Source of the DNA: a virus
Reading direction: 5' to 3' (one strand)
Length of the DNA: 64,000 nucleotides
IMG/VR virus record: IMGVR_UViG_3300045988_174698
Below, one piece after another: positions 9,945-19,202 of the stretch (positions are counted from its first letter, which is position 1; every line of letters begins with the position of its first letter). The translations under genes and the position numbers were made by a program. The notes under the pieces were generated by a model, which was not told the DNA's origin, did no database searches, and saw only the letters and a list, made by a program, of their open reading frames with translations.

Positions 9945-10671
9945 AGTACTTTTTTAAATGATTCCCATAATAAGTTATCCCAAAAGAAGCCAGAGAAGGA
10001 GCTGTATTACTTTCAACAATGATATAACTATTATCACTACACAATATATCAAAGCAGGCAATTGTGAGGTCCATTTGTTTTAATGCCTTAATACAATCAC
10101 TAATTATATTTTCCCAACATACAGGTAATTTGTGTTCCTCTGTTACTAAAACAAATATTGAATTATCAGCATGTTTATGCCATTGTACTTCAGCGTCTTG
10201 TTTCAGCACTTTTTTACAAGCATAAAAACAACCATGATGAACATCAATATGTACTCTATATTCATTTGGGAAGAAGTAATACTTTTCAAACACGAAATCC
10301 CTTATATTAACATTATTACATAGATCGTCTAAAGATTTGGGATTATCAATATAATAAATATTCTTCCCTTTCGATGAATGTTTATGTTTTGCTATAAGAA
10401 TTTTGTGCTGCATAAAAAACTTATAAATGCTTGCTTTGTTAGAAGAACTAATCCATTCACTATGAGATACACCCGCTTTGTCAAAGGCACGCTTCATTAA
10501 TATTTTATTCCCAGAAGTTTTAACTCCCTCTATAGTATTAATTTCCAAATATTTATATTTAGAAATTAAAGGAGTTGTGCTCCCTAAACGTAGTAGTACT
10601 CTTTGATTAAAAGGTATACTACGTAAAGGAGCACAACTTGTATTTGGACTGAAAACTCGAAGTTTTAACAT
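9928..10671 (-). CDS. ATP-grasp-like ligase (putative)
   Basis: 247-aa ORF. C-terminal ...FDILCSDNSYIIVESNTAPSL resembles the ATP-grasp E-x-N Mg-binding loop. Confidence 0.4.
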   Translation of the reverse strand: MLKLRVFSPNTSCAPLRSIPFNQRVLLRLGSTTPLISKYKYLEINTIEGVKTSGNKILMKRAFDKAGVSHSEWISSSNKASIYKFFMQHKILIAKHKHSSKGKNIYYIDNPKSLDDLCNNVNIRDFVFEKYYFFPNEYRVHIDVHHGCFYACKKVLKQDAEVQWHKHADNSIFVLVTEEHKLPVCWENIISDCIKALKQMDLTIACFDILCSDNSYIIVESNTAPSLASFGITYYGNHLKKYYDTRF

Positions 10672-10672
10672 A

Positions 10673-11215
10673 CTATAGTTCTAATGCCTTATTATAGCAG
10701 TACACAGCCAGTTCCTTCTGGGTTAACTTATTATAATCAGCAAATTCAGCCCCATGGTCCTGTAAAAGCTTTGCAATATACTGTAGTTCGTGTTTTTTTA
10801 GTTTGCTAAATTGAGTGGCCGAGAATTCTGCGACCTTCTTATCAAGAGCAATTAATTTGAGGAATACTTTTCCAAATGGTTTATTATTAAATTTATTAAT
10901 ATATACCTTTTGGTCAATATTATCCTCTACTGGGATAGCTTTAGGTTCAGGGTTAGGAACAACCTCGTCATATGGGATAATCATAAATTCAGGTACCCAT
11001 ATGCCTATAGATAGAAAATATGGAATATCTGGGTCATTCTTATCTACATCCTCAATAACAGCAACATTACCAAAATAGGGAAAATCAGAAAATAAGACAT
11101 ATTTCATGTCTTTGTTACAATAAACACCTTCTAAGTCAGGTGCTTCCTTGAGTAGATTATCCTTAAGTAAACAATCAAGATTTTTAATGATAACTTTGTC
11201 TCCTTGTTCAAACAT
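10673..11215 (-). CDS. hypothetical protein
   Basis: 180-aa ORF. Confidence 0.5.
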   Translation of the reverse strand: MFEQGDKVIIKNLDCLLKDNLLKEAPDLEGVYCNKDMKYVLFSDFPYFGNVAVIEDVDKNDPDIPYFLSIGIWVPEFMIIPYDEVVPNPEPKAIPVEDNIDQKVYINKFNNKPFGKVFLKLIALDKKVAEFSATQFSKLKKHELQYIAKLLQDHGAEFADYNKLTQKELAVYCYNKALEL

Positions 11216-11229
11216 AACTATTTTTATTT

Positions 11230-12306
11230 TTATTTGAAAAATGATAAATATTCTAATGGACTAACAATTCTATATTTAGTCTTTCTAAACTCTAAAAGGT
11301 CAAAAGAATCTGAATAACTCATCATTGACCTTAAGTAGTCAACGAAATTTTCACACCAATCTTGTAACTTATACAAAACTGGAACTGTGGTTTCAATACC
11401 CTCAGCAGTTTTGAGTTTTTGGTTTCCTATTTCTATCTGTGCTTTTTTAGTAGACATACCATAGTATTTACGTCTGAGTCCTAGATTTGGATCTGTAACA
11501 GGTAGTAACTCTCCACAGGCTTCTTGAGATTGTGCAAAGAGTTTTCCAACCATTACATAATCAGCTCCAAGAGCTAGTGCTTTAATAATCTTATCATAAT
11601 TATCAAATCCTCCGTCCGCAATAATAAATGGAACACTTTTGTATGGATGAGTTATTGAGTTACAACCCAAGTAAAAACCAGAGTCACCCGCTATATTAAC
11701 TACTTTTGTTTCTTCAATACATTTTTCTATAGCCCGCTTTTTATCAACAACTTCCTTAATTAAGGAAGCCATTGCATAGTGTATTCCACCATTAGCAGAA
11801 GTAGTACATACAGAACCTCCCCCTACACCTATCCGTACAAAATCAATTCCTGCTAGTGAATAATCAGCATAAGTATCAGGGTTAGCAATATTGCCCGCCA
11901 TTAATGACAATCGACCTCCAAATATAGACTTTGCTTGTGAGCATAAATCAATTAACTTTAACATGTGGCCATTAGCAATATCAACACACACATAACGAAT
12001 ATCATTGGTGGTATCATATATATTTTCAAAATCTGTAATAAATCTTTCAAACTCAGATAAGCCAAGTGCAACAAACGTACTTGTAGACAACTCCCATCGT
12101 TTATCATAATCTACTCCTCTTGGAATAATTGTATTGATCTTATTTCTAAGAAAAACTTCATAATTATTCTCATTAATAACAGAATTCATAGGAGCAGTAA
12201 ATAACGGCAGCATACCATCAAAGTTATATGGATTACAGTCTGCACGATGTTCTATTCTACTGGTTCTAGCTGGTACTAAACAAATATCATTTAACCCATA
12301 TGTCAT
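11230..12306 (-). CDS. IMP dehydrogenase / GMP reductase family TIM-barrel oxidoreductase (GMP-reductase-like, no CBS insert)
   Basis: 358-aa ORF. GVGGGSVCTTSANGG (catalytic Cys loop) and IADGGF...GADYVMVG motifs of the IMPDH/GuaC family. Confidence 0.6.
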   Translation of the reverse strand: MTYGLNDICLVPARTSRIEHRADCNPYNFDGMLPLFTAPMNSVINENNYEVFLRNKINTIIPRGVDYDKRWELSTSTFVALGLSEFERFITDFENIYDTTNDIRYVCVDIANGHMLKLIDLCSQAKSIFGGRLSLMAGNIANPDTYADYSLAGIDFVRIGVGGGSVCTTSANGGIHYAMASLIKEVVDKKRAIEKCIEETKVVNIAGDSGFYLGCNSITHPYKSVPFIIADGGFDNYDKIIKALALGADYVMVGKLFAQSQEACGELLPVTDPNLGLRRKYYGMSTKKAQIEIGNQKLKTAEGIETTVPVLYKLQDWCENFVDYLRSMMSYSDSFDLLEFRKTKYRIVSPLEYLSFFK

Positions 12307-12479
12307 TTTTAATCTCTCTTAATTAGTTTATTTTTCTGTTCCTCAGTATCCCTAAATTTTTTTATTTTTCTTTTCTTATTTAGACGAGCAATCTCTTCCT
12401 CGTACCTATTATATTTATCCAATTGATTACCTCGAATAAATTTACCCATGATAAAAAACAGAATTTCAATTTTGATTTA

Positions 12480-13262
12480 CTATTGAATCTCTAAAGTACC
12501 TGGTTCCAGTCCAAGTTCTTTCTCGACTTCTGCGATTGTTTTCTTTACAACCTTATTCTTTACTTTTGGCCAAGCAACATCCATTTTTGTGTAATCACTA
12601 AGTTTAAAACAGTGTGGTGTTGGAACAAAAATCTTCTTAACTTGGTAGAAACTCCCATTTTTAGGGGAATTAAAGCATCCACTTAAATAACCCTTAATTT
12701 CTCCTTTATTGTTAACATAAACAATAGCTTTAGAAGAAATAATAAATCCAAAATACTCTTGATCTTTAACTATTAACTGTACTATTCGCCCAGGTAAAAA
12801 CTCAGACTTAAAATCATTATTAAGATTAGAATCTACCTTATTATCCTCAACCTTATTTTTTTCTTTACCTAGAATCTTTTCAAACTGGTCTATAATAGAT
12901 ATGTCATTTGATTTTAATTCAGGTGATTCAAGTAATTTTAATAGATTCTTTTCTGATTTTAAAATAATATCACTATATAGAGCAAGTTTATTCTCTTCTA
13001 TATCATTAATACCTAACTCTTTAAGGATAGTGTTGTCATCATCTGAACAGAAGATATCACTATCTCCAGTAAGGTAATGAATATTCTGATTATATGTAAC
13101 AACATAATAAGATCTTTTATCTGTATCAATTAAGATCTTATAAGGGTGTCCTGAAAGTAATAAAGATATACTTACCTTAGGATAGTTTAATGTATATCCG
13201 TATCTACTTAAGATAAACAAAATGGTATTTAAACTGTTACCATTATATAATAAATAACGCAT
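12480..13262 (-). CDS. hypothetical protein
   Basis: 260-aa ORF. Confidence 0.5.
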   Translation of the reverse strand: MRYLLYNGNSLNTILFILSRYGYTLNYPKVSISLLLSGHPYKILIDTDKRSYYVVTYNQNIHYLTGDSDIFCSDDDNTILKELGINDIEENKLALYSDIILKSEKNLLKLLESPELKSNDISIIDQFEKILGKEKNKVEDNKVDSNLNNDFKSEFLPGRIVQLIVKDQEYFGFIISSKAIVYVNNKGEIKGYLSGCFNSPKNGSFYQVKKIFVPTPHCFKLSDYTKMDVAWPKVKNKVVKKTIAEVEKELGLEPGTLEIQ

Positions 13263-13315
13263 AATTTGATTTTTTTGTTCTTTTTAGTTAAAAAACAGTA
13301 ACAAGTGAAGGCTCA

Positions 13316-14248
13316 CTATTCTTTTACTTCTATAATTTTATATACAGAATTTTGAGTATGAAAATGATTTTTATCTACGATTTTAGTTACAGGTGAGGTT
13401 GAGAAGCGAAATCCAAGACAAGCTCGAAACCCTACAGTTATAGGTAGACTTAAATATCCTTGAGTAAGGTACCCTTTATTGATTCCATTTGGATGATGAC
13501 CTGGCTTATAATTACAAGTATCAGTATCTTCTAACTTTTCAATCTGAACTTTAGTTTGTGCAGGATAACTACACACCTCATAATATAATTCACGTACACT
13601 CCTCAAAGTTTCCTCATGGTGATCATCTGATTCAGGTATTGATCCTTCACAATCACATTTCTTTAATAGTAGTAATGCTTCGAAGTCAATACACTCTAGA
13701 TTATTAGCTAACCTTAGAATAGCCGACTTGATATCTCTTTGTTTTAAAATATAAAGAGGTTGCATGTGACACCTTACCAAAGAAAGAATAGCTCTTTTGT
13801 ACTGAGGTTTAATATCAGAAATATATGTATCTAAAATATGTTCAGCAATTGGAACTCCTTTAATTGCATGGTCCTTACAGTGGTAAAGTCCATCTTCTCC
13901 CTTTTTTGTAGTAACTGGTTTACCTATATCATGTAATAGAGCAGCAAAGATTAGAATATTTCGATAGTCCATGTCTTGAAAAAGTACTTCATTACTGTTT
14001 TCAATATGCTTCAACATACATTTTGTAACCATACAAGTATGGGTGAAAGCGTCTCCCTCTTTATGCCAAAGTATATTCTGAGGAGTTTCTGACAACGCTT
14101 TAAATTCAGGAATTTTTAAAAGTTCATCCCAAAAGACAATATTAGTTTTTGGATCATAAATCATATTATATAATAAGATTATAAGAGATAATAGTAGTAA
14201 CAAATAAAATAGCTGAAGATTTTGCAAAATGTATAAAAGTTGAATCAT
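13316..14248 (-). CDS. HD-domain phosphohydrolase with N-terminal transmembrane segment
   Basis: 310-aa ORF. AALLHDIGKP and HCKDHAIKG are the H...HD...D metal-binding motifs. Hydrophobic N-terminus. Confidence 0.55.
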   Translation of the reverse strand: MIQLLYILQNLQLFYLLLLLSLIILLYNMIYDPKTNIVFWDELLKIPEFKALSETPQNILWHKEGDAFTHTCMVTKCMLKHIENSNEVLFQDMDYRNILIFAALLHDIGKPVTTKKGEDGLYHCKDHAIKGVPIAEHILDTYISDIKPQYKRAILSLVRCHMQPLYILKQRDIKSAILRLANNLECIDFEALLLLKKCDCEGSIPESDDHHEETLRSVRELYYEVCSYPAQTKVQIEKLEDTDTCNYKPGHHPNGINKGYLTQGYLSLPITVGFRACLGFRFSTSPVTKIVDKNHFHTQNSVYKIIEVKE

Positions 14249-14645
14249 AATCCGACATTATTAGAGATCCTATAGTAATTGCAAATAAAAGGGCAATTGA
14301 CACTATAAAAATATCTCTATACACTTTGTATGTTTTGTTATTAGATACTACCCACCCTTTAAGTTTATATGTTAATATAACACCAGGTTTGTTATGGTAT
14401 ATATGGTAATCTTCTGGAGTAGCCTCAAAACTAAGTATTTTATTAGTTTTTATATCTTTTGCAATAAGATACATCTTACCATTAGTTTTATAGCCTCCAG
14501 ATATCTTTTCTCCTCCTATAATCTCACATTGATATGGATTAGTATTTACATAGTTACTAAATTCAGAGTAATGTAGATTCAAACTTATAAGTATAACTAC
14601 TATAGAAGGAACCCAATAAGCTAAAATTTTAGAAGGTATATCCAT
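14166..14645 (-). CDS. hypothetical membrane protein
   Basis: 159-aa ORF with N- and C-terminal hydrophobic helices. Overlaps the HD gene start by about 80 nt. Confidence 0.4.
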   Translation of the reverse strand: MDIPSKILAYWVPSIVVILISLNLHYSEFSNYVNTNPYQCEIIGGEKISGGYKTNGKMYLIAKDIKTNKILSFEATPEDYHIYHNKPGVILTYKLKGWVVSNNKTYKVYRDIFIVSIALLFAITIGSLIMSDYDSTFIHFAKSSAILFVTTIISYNLII

Positions 14646-14646
14646 T

Positions 14647-15069
14647 TTATATCCATGTCTTTAAAGCTTCCAAAAAAGCTGATTCTAAAGCTTCTTCATA
14701 TGTATTATAATCTACTCCACTTGCATCTATACTATGAGGAGGTCTTACAATTTTCTTAGAAGGATCTATCTGAATATCAACGATTTTATATGTCCAATAT
14801 CCATGAATAGTGGGAACTATTATAATATGTATCTTATGAATATCTCTTAACCATTTTTGAAGTTTAGATTGAGTTGGAGCTAAATAATAATTATCTGTAG
14901 GATCATAAAACTTACAATTCCAAAGCACTCCTTTTTCATCATAACAAGGGCTACAATTTACATATCCTAATTTTGGAAATAGTTTAGATATTCTATTTCC
15001 ATCCATATAATGTTTTTCCTTTGCAAGTTTAGCAGTATCAAAAGTAATATGTGATTCCATTATTCCCAA
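14647..15069 (-). CDS. hypothetical protein (paralog family with 32750..33118)
   Basis: 140-aa ORF. N-terminus HITFDTAKLAKEKHY matches HYNTAKLAKEKGY of ORF 32750..33118. Confidence 0.5.
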   Translation of the reverse strand: MGIMESHITFDTAKLAKEKHYMDGNRISKLFPKLGYVNCSPCYDEKGVLWNCKFYDPTDNYYLAPTQSKLQKWLRDIHKIHIIIVPTIHGYWTYKIVDIQIDPSKKIVRPPHSIDASGVDYNTYEEALESAFLEALKTWI

Positions 15070-15407
15070 GGTAAAATTTTCTGAGTTATTCTTTTATAGT
15101 TATTTAATATTCCTAAGATGTTTGCTCGACCTACAGGATTTGCAGATTGACTTGCAAACTGTGGAAGGACATATCCTTCATCTATACATTTATCTACAAT
15201 ATACTTGGCTATATCGTATCCAGATTTTTCCTCTCCTAAATCATGATCGAGACAAATTGCATAAGGTCATTCTTTTTCAAGGAAGTCAATAGCTTCTTGA
15301 TAAGACTGAGCCCATACAACTTTACAATTTCTGCCAATTGGACTAAAATTCATCCAATCATCTTCCATTGGATTACGAGCATCATCTATCCAAAAAAGTG
15401 TTTTCAT
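15060..15407 (-). CDS. hypothetical receiver/CPR-like small protein, one in-frame TGA
   Basis: ATG 15407, TAA 15060, 115 aa: MKTLFWIDDARNP...EW(TGA)PYAICLDHDLGEEKSGYD.... Not in the track because of the TGA. Confidence 0.4.
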
Positions 15408-15409
15408 AA

Positions 15410-15655
15410 TCATCTAATTCTTAAATGAGAAAGTAAATTAAAAACTATTAATATAATACAAGCCATAGTTGGAATAAAGTTTAAAGGAGTCCAAATGAGT
15501 ATTATAAAGACAAAGCTACTAATATATTTATCCTCAGTATAGTATAAATACATATCTCCTAGAGTAGTTCCTTCTTTAGATTTTATCCTCCAATAAACGT
15601 AGAGAATAATATGATTAATAATTATACATACAAACCAGCAATATACAAATTCCAT
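15410..15655 (-). CDS. small membrane protein (paralog of 17183..17590 C-terminal region)
   Basis: 81 aa. LGDMYLYYTEDKY...IILIWTPLN matches GDLYSFYVDQDNDW...LLIWVPVVN. Confidence 0.4.
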   Translation of the reverse strand: MEFVYCWFVCIIINHIILYVYWRIKSKEGTTLGDMYLYYTEDKYISSFVFIILIWTPLNFIPTMACIILIVFNLLSHLRIR

Positions 15656-15705
15656 AATTATATTTTATTTAAATGAAATTTTCACTACCTAATTATTTAT
15701 AAAAG

Positions 15706-15777
15706 TATCCCCACCTTGATTCGAACAAGGACCTTTCGGGTAGAAGCCGAAGATTCTCTCCATTGAACTATGGGGAC
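15706..15777 (-). tRNA. tRNA-Arg (anticodon TCT)
   Basis: Manual cloverleaf: acceptor GTCCCCA/TGGGGAT, anticodon arm TTCGG-CTTCTAC-CCGAA, T arm CCTTG-TTCGAAT-CAAGG. Confidence 0.7.
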
Positions 15778-15818
15778 TAAATAAATAGTTTATCTTACTA
15801 TTTATATAAATATTATTA

Positions 15819-16148
15819 TTAAAGTTTTTGAATATTCTTCATAAAAACTCTAGTAATAATATCTATATTCATCTTACATTGCTCAAATATATCTATTTTA
15901 TAAGAATCTTTCAGTGGGCTATCCTCTTTGTATGGCCAATGTGCAATTATAAATTCATATTCACATCTAGCCCAGTATTGATACATTAATTTTCTCGTTA
16001 CAAAATCCTTACACTGCTCAAAATTTTCTTTAGAAGGTTTATCTGCTTTATAAGCATCATTATACTTTCTAACTAGGTAAGGCATTATATCATAATAGGT
16101 TGGTTTATTTTTATTATATTCTAACCATAATACTTTGAATGGTATCAT
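15819..16148 (-). CDS. hypothetical protein
   Basis: 109-aa ORF. Confidence 0.45.
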   Translation of the reverse strand: MIPFKVLWLEYNKNKPTYYDIMPYLVRKYNDAYKADKPSKENFEQCKDFVTRKLMYQYWARCEYEFIIAHWPYKEDSPLKDSYKIDIFEQCKMNIDIITRVFMKNIQKL

Positions 16149-16159
16149 AAATTTTACTA

Positions 16160-16357
16160 TTACAATTTTTCACCTAAATAATTAACTTCTATAACATTTA
16201 AATAGTTAACTTTAAATGGATAATCATCAACTATAGTATTATACTGTATACAAACACTTCTTTTATCTGTATCATGAAAGCAAGATACAACATGATTGAA
16301 ATTGATATTACAGTTATATCCTTCACCTATAATATTAATAATATTTATCTTTTTCAT
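16160..16357 (-). CDS. hypothetical small protein
   Basis: 65-aa ORF. Confidence 0.3.
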   Translation of the reverse strand: MKKINIINIIGEGYNCNINFNHVVSCFHDTDKRSVCIQYNTIVDDYPFKVNYLNVIEVNYLGEKL

Positions 16358-16397
16358 ATTGTATTTATGTAAAAGCTCTTAGTAATAAAATCTTAAC

Positions 16398-16682
16398 TTA
16401 AAATTCTAAGTGGTTTTTATACTTGGCAGCACATCGAAGAAACCTATATGGATCCTTTATAAAAATGCGTTTTATATTAGGATTTAAATGGCTAAGATCT
16501 GGGTAAAAACAAAAAAAGCCAAACTTACCTGTATCATCTAAAACAACAACAGAGCTCTGGATTTTATTACCTTTCATGTATATCTGAACGTCGAAATATG
16601 GCCTATACCCAAGTTTAACTAGACTGCTGTAAAATAAAAGGAATTGTTTAGATAATATTATAGTATATGGATATTCTTTCAT
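16398..16682 (-). CDS. hypothetical protein
   Basis: 94-aa ORF; ATG overlaps the TAA of the upstream fragment (TAATG). Confidence 0.4.
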   Translation of the reverse strand: MKEYPYTIILSKQFLLFYSSLVKLGYRPYFDVQIYMKGNKIQSSVVVLDDTGKFGFFCFYPDLSHLNPNIKRIFIKDPYRFLRCAAKYKNHLEF

Positions 16683-16861
16683 TATAGTAGTGAATTAATT
16701 ATTAAGATAGCTTTTTTACTGTCATAACGACCCTTGTAATCAGATTTAGGTATAATATTCAATACCTTATTGACAATATTCTCACCACTAGTAGCATATA
16801 ATGCTCCACTTGGATGATAAAAATCATGTCGTAAATCTACAACAATTAATGTACGCTTCAT
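16682..16861 (-). pseudogene. isochorismatase/cysteine-hydrolase-like N-terminal fragment (59 aa); truncated gene or frameshift
   Basis: MKRTLIVVDLRHDFYHPSGALYA matches the isochorismatase-family N-terminal motif (VIDMQNDF..G.L). The family is normally 170 aa or longer; here TAA occurs after 59 codons. Confidence 0.3.
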
Positions 16862-16865
16862 ATAG

Positions 16866-17183
16866 TTAAATTAAGCATAATAAAATTTGAATAAAGTGTA
16901 GACTTTGATCAATATAATATGAAGTAAAATCCTTCATATACTTTTTATAAAGTCCTCTACACTTCCAGTAATCAATAGCATAATGTCCAACTAGTAACAT
17001 TATTAATTTCCAAATTGCAGCTAATCCCAAAAAGTGTAATGCAATATAAATACCTAACGCCCAAATTGCACAATGTACAAACAAGACATAATTATTTTCA
17101 CATTTATACTTCTTACAAAACTCATCTTGCAACGGATAGTCTAAAACTAAATTTAGAAAGTAAAGTATAATAAAATTTATCAT
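16866..17183 (-). CDS. multi-pass membrane protein
   Basis: 105-aa hydrophobic ORF. Confidence 0.4.
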   Translation of the reverse strand: MINFIILYFLNLVLDYPLQDEFCKKYKCENNYVLFVHCAIWALGIYIALHFLGLAAIWKLIMLLVGHYAIDYWKCRGLYKKYMKDFTSYYIDQSLHFIQILLCLI

Positions 17184-17590
17184 TATCTAATCTTTATTTT
17201 TGAGAACAAACTTCCAATATCTAAGAAGATTTGTATTATCAATACAATAGTATTTACTACAGGAACCCATATTAAAAGGAAGATCCAATCATTATCTTGA
17301 TCTACATAAAAAGAATAAAGATCACCTATTGTGCTTCCACACTTGTCTTCTTCAATCCAATCAAAATACAGGGAAACGTGTAAATAAACAACTCCTATTA
17401 GATAAATACCTAAAATAATTAAAAATGTATACATATTAATCCAGTTTTTCCCAGCATTCTTGATCAAAATTCCAATGTCTAATATCACAAATATTAAACT
17501 CGAAACATAATCCAAGAATGCCGATATTAAAACAAAAGCCTGCATGATCCCCTTTATTATTATAACTAATATGGAAATCAAGCAAGCCAA
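17183..17590 (-). CDS. multi-pass membrane protein
   Basis: 135-aa ORF, several hydrophobic helices. Overlapping ORF 17436..17762 is judged less likely. Confidence 0.4.
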   Translation of the reverse strand: MACLISILVIIIKGIMQAFVLISAFLDYVSSLIFVILDIGILIKNAGKNWINMYTFLIILGIYLIGVVYLHVSLYFDWIEEDKCGSTIGDLYSFYVDQDNDWIFLLIWVPVVNTIVLIIQIFLDIGSLFSKIKIR

Positions 17591-17988
17591 ATGTATTGAT
17601 GTTTATAAACAAATAATAACAAATACCAAATAGTTGAATATCAAAGTCAAAAAATTTTGATAACTTAAAGATTTTAAATCTAATAGACATTTCTAATGAT
17701 TTAAACTCTCCTATAGGGTGCACAAACACCCACCACAAAAAATCTAATTTACAAAGCTTCATATTTTTCTTAAATTAGAGTAATAAGCGGTTATAGACTA
17801 TACTTCTAATTTGGGTTAATAACTAATATTATTGTAATACTTTATATCTTCAATATAAGTTTTCTGTGTATCTCCAGTAGGCCCTATCATAATATTAGGT
17901 TTTATTGTTCCGCATGATATATTAAGTATTACTAAGACTATTATAACTATTTTTACTATTGTTTTCATCTTTATGTTATTAATGTTTA

Positions 17989-18061
17989 GAGTAGGTAACA
18001 GGATTCGAACCTGTGATATAGCTTTTGCAGAGCTGGGCCTTAACCAACTTGGCGATACCTA
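17989..18061 (-). tRNA. tRNA-Cys (anticodon GCA)
   Basis: Acceptor GTAGGTA/TACCTAC, anticodon arm AGCT-CTGCAAA-AGCT, T arm ACAGG-TTCGAAT-CCTGT. Confidence 0.65.
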
Positions 18062-18066
18062 CATGT

Positions 18067-18157
18067 GCGGTAAGGGTGGGATTCCAACCCACGCAGCGAT
18101 TTCTATACGCTCTAATGCATTTCAAGTGCATCCTCTTAAAGCTCTTGAGTACCTTAC
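18067..18157 (-). tRNA. tRNA-Ser (anticodon TGA, reads UCA; class II)
   Basis: Acceptor GGTAAGG/CCTTACC, anticodon arm ATGCA-CTTGAAA-TGCAT, long variable arm, T arm GTGGG-TTGGAAT-CCCAC, 91 nt. Confidence 0.65.
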
Positions 18158-18195
18158 CAAATTTATCTATCTATAAACTTTCTAGTAAGTTATTT

Positions 18196-18268
18196 GCTGG
18201 ACCGATAGGATTCGAACCCACGTTACCCAAATTAACAGTTTGGTGCTTAAACCACTCAGCCACAGTCC
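18196..18268 (-). tRNA. tRNA-Asn (anticodon GTT)
   Basis: Acceptor TGGACTG/CGGTCCA, anticodon arm CCAAA-CTGTTAA-TTTGG, T arm GTGGG-TTCGAAT-CCTAT (two G-U pairs), discriminator G. Confidence 0.6.
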
Positions 18269-18421
18269 AGTACATTTTATATATTTATTACAGATAACTC
18301 TGCAAAAGTATTTGCAGAAATATTATAAATTAATTAGTCGAGAATGATAGTAATGCTCTATCCCCTAGAAATCCCAAATTTCTCGTGCTACTTCCACACC
18401 CCATTCTCGATAAACTATCCT

Positions 18422-18655
18422 TTATTCAAGGATAGCGTTTAATTTTGCAAGAACACCTTCGTTTTTCTTACGAATGTTTTCAAGAGCTTCTTTTTCAGCT
18501 TGAGCTGCTTTGATTTCCTCGTCTCTTGCTGCAATTTCTAATTCTGCAGAAGCATTTACTTCTTTAAGACCATCAATTGCAGTTTTGAAAGCATTTAAAA
18601 CATTGTCTACTTTCTTAGACAGATCTACAGATGTTTTACTTTTTGAATTAAACAT
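18422..18655 (-). CDS. hypothetical coiled-coil protein
   Basis: 77-aa ORF, EIAARDEEIKAAQAEKEALEN heptads. Confidence 0.4.
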   Translation of the reverse strand: MFNSKSKTSVDLSKKVDNVLNAFKTAIDGLKEVNASAELEIAARDEEIKAAQAEKEALENIRKKNEGVLAKLNAILE

Positions 18656-18712
18656 GTTTAATAGTTTTTTAAATTAATGCTGTGAGGAGATTTTTGGGAC
18701 CCCCAATAATAG

Positions 18713-18784
18713 TGAACCATATGAGACTCGAACCCCTCTATTTCCTTGCAAAGGAAATGTGCTCGCCTTTACACTACATGGCCC
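18713..18784 (-). tRNA. tRNA-Ala (anticodon TGC), slightly irregular T stem
   Basis: Acceptor GGGCCAT/ATGGTTC including G3-U70 and A73 (Ala identity), anticodon arm TTTCC-TTTGCAA-GGAAA, T loop TTCGAGT with one mismatch in the stem. Confidence 0.5.
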
Positions 18785-18791
18785 AAAATAC

Positions 18792-18977
18792 TTAAAGTTT
18801 AATACGAAATTGTCTTATTTTATTACATATTTTACAACGCTGTATATAAACTTTTTCAACTTTAACTGGGCGACTTTGATAGTCATTTTCAAACACCTTT
18901 TTTAATTTTTCTTCAACTGTCTCCCAATCATGTACATGAAATTTCAATTCAAACCATTTCTTTATAAGTTCTAACAT
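18792..18977 (-). CDS. hypothetical small protein
   Basis: 61-aa ORF with CxxC near the C-terminus. Confidence 0.3.
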   Translation of the reverse strand: MLELIKKWFELKFHVHDWETVEEKLKKVFENDYQSRPVKVEKVYIQRCKICNKIRQFRIKL

Positions 18978-19004
18978 ATTATAAAGTTTTTAATAAAATT
19001 TTAG

Positions 19005-19086
19005 AGCCTCCTGTCGGACTCGAACCGACGCGTTCAAATGAAGACGGATTACAAAACCGTTGCAGTCGCCGCTGTGCCAAGGAGGC
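19005..19086 (-). tRNA. class II tRNA, Tyr-like architecture; anticodon GTA (Tyr) or TGT ambiguous
   Basis: Acceptor GCCTCCT/AGGAGGC, D loop CAGCGGCGAC, 14-nt variable arm, T arm GTCGG-TTCGAGT-CCGAC. Anticodon region ACGG-TTTTGTAAT-CCGT has a 9-nt loop. Confidence 0.5.
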
Positions 19087-19202
19087 TTATAAACACTATC
19101 GTAGTTTGCACGTCTGATTTTTATTGCCACAGAAACTCCATACAAATGATCAATTTATATGTTAAGAGTTGTTACGCCGCTAATGTCAAATTTAGAAATA
19201 AC

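Noticed and set aside
17973-18297. Plus-strand ORFs 17973..18176 and 18025..18297, and minus ORF 20787..21038
   Set aside because: They overlap tRNA genes (Cys/Ser/Asn and Gln respectively), so they are spurious.
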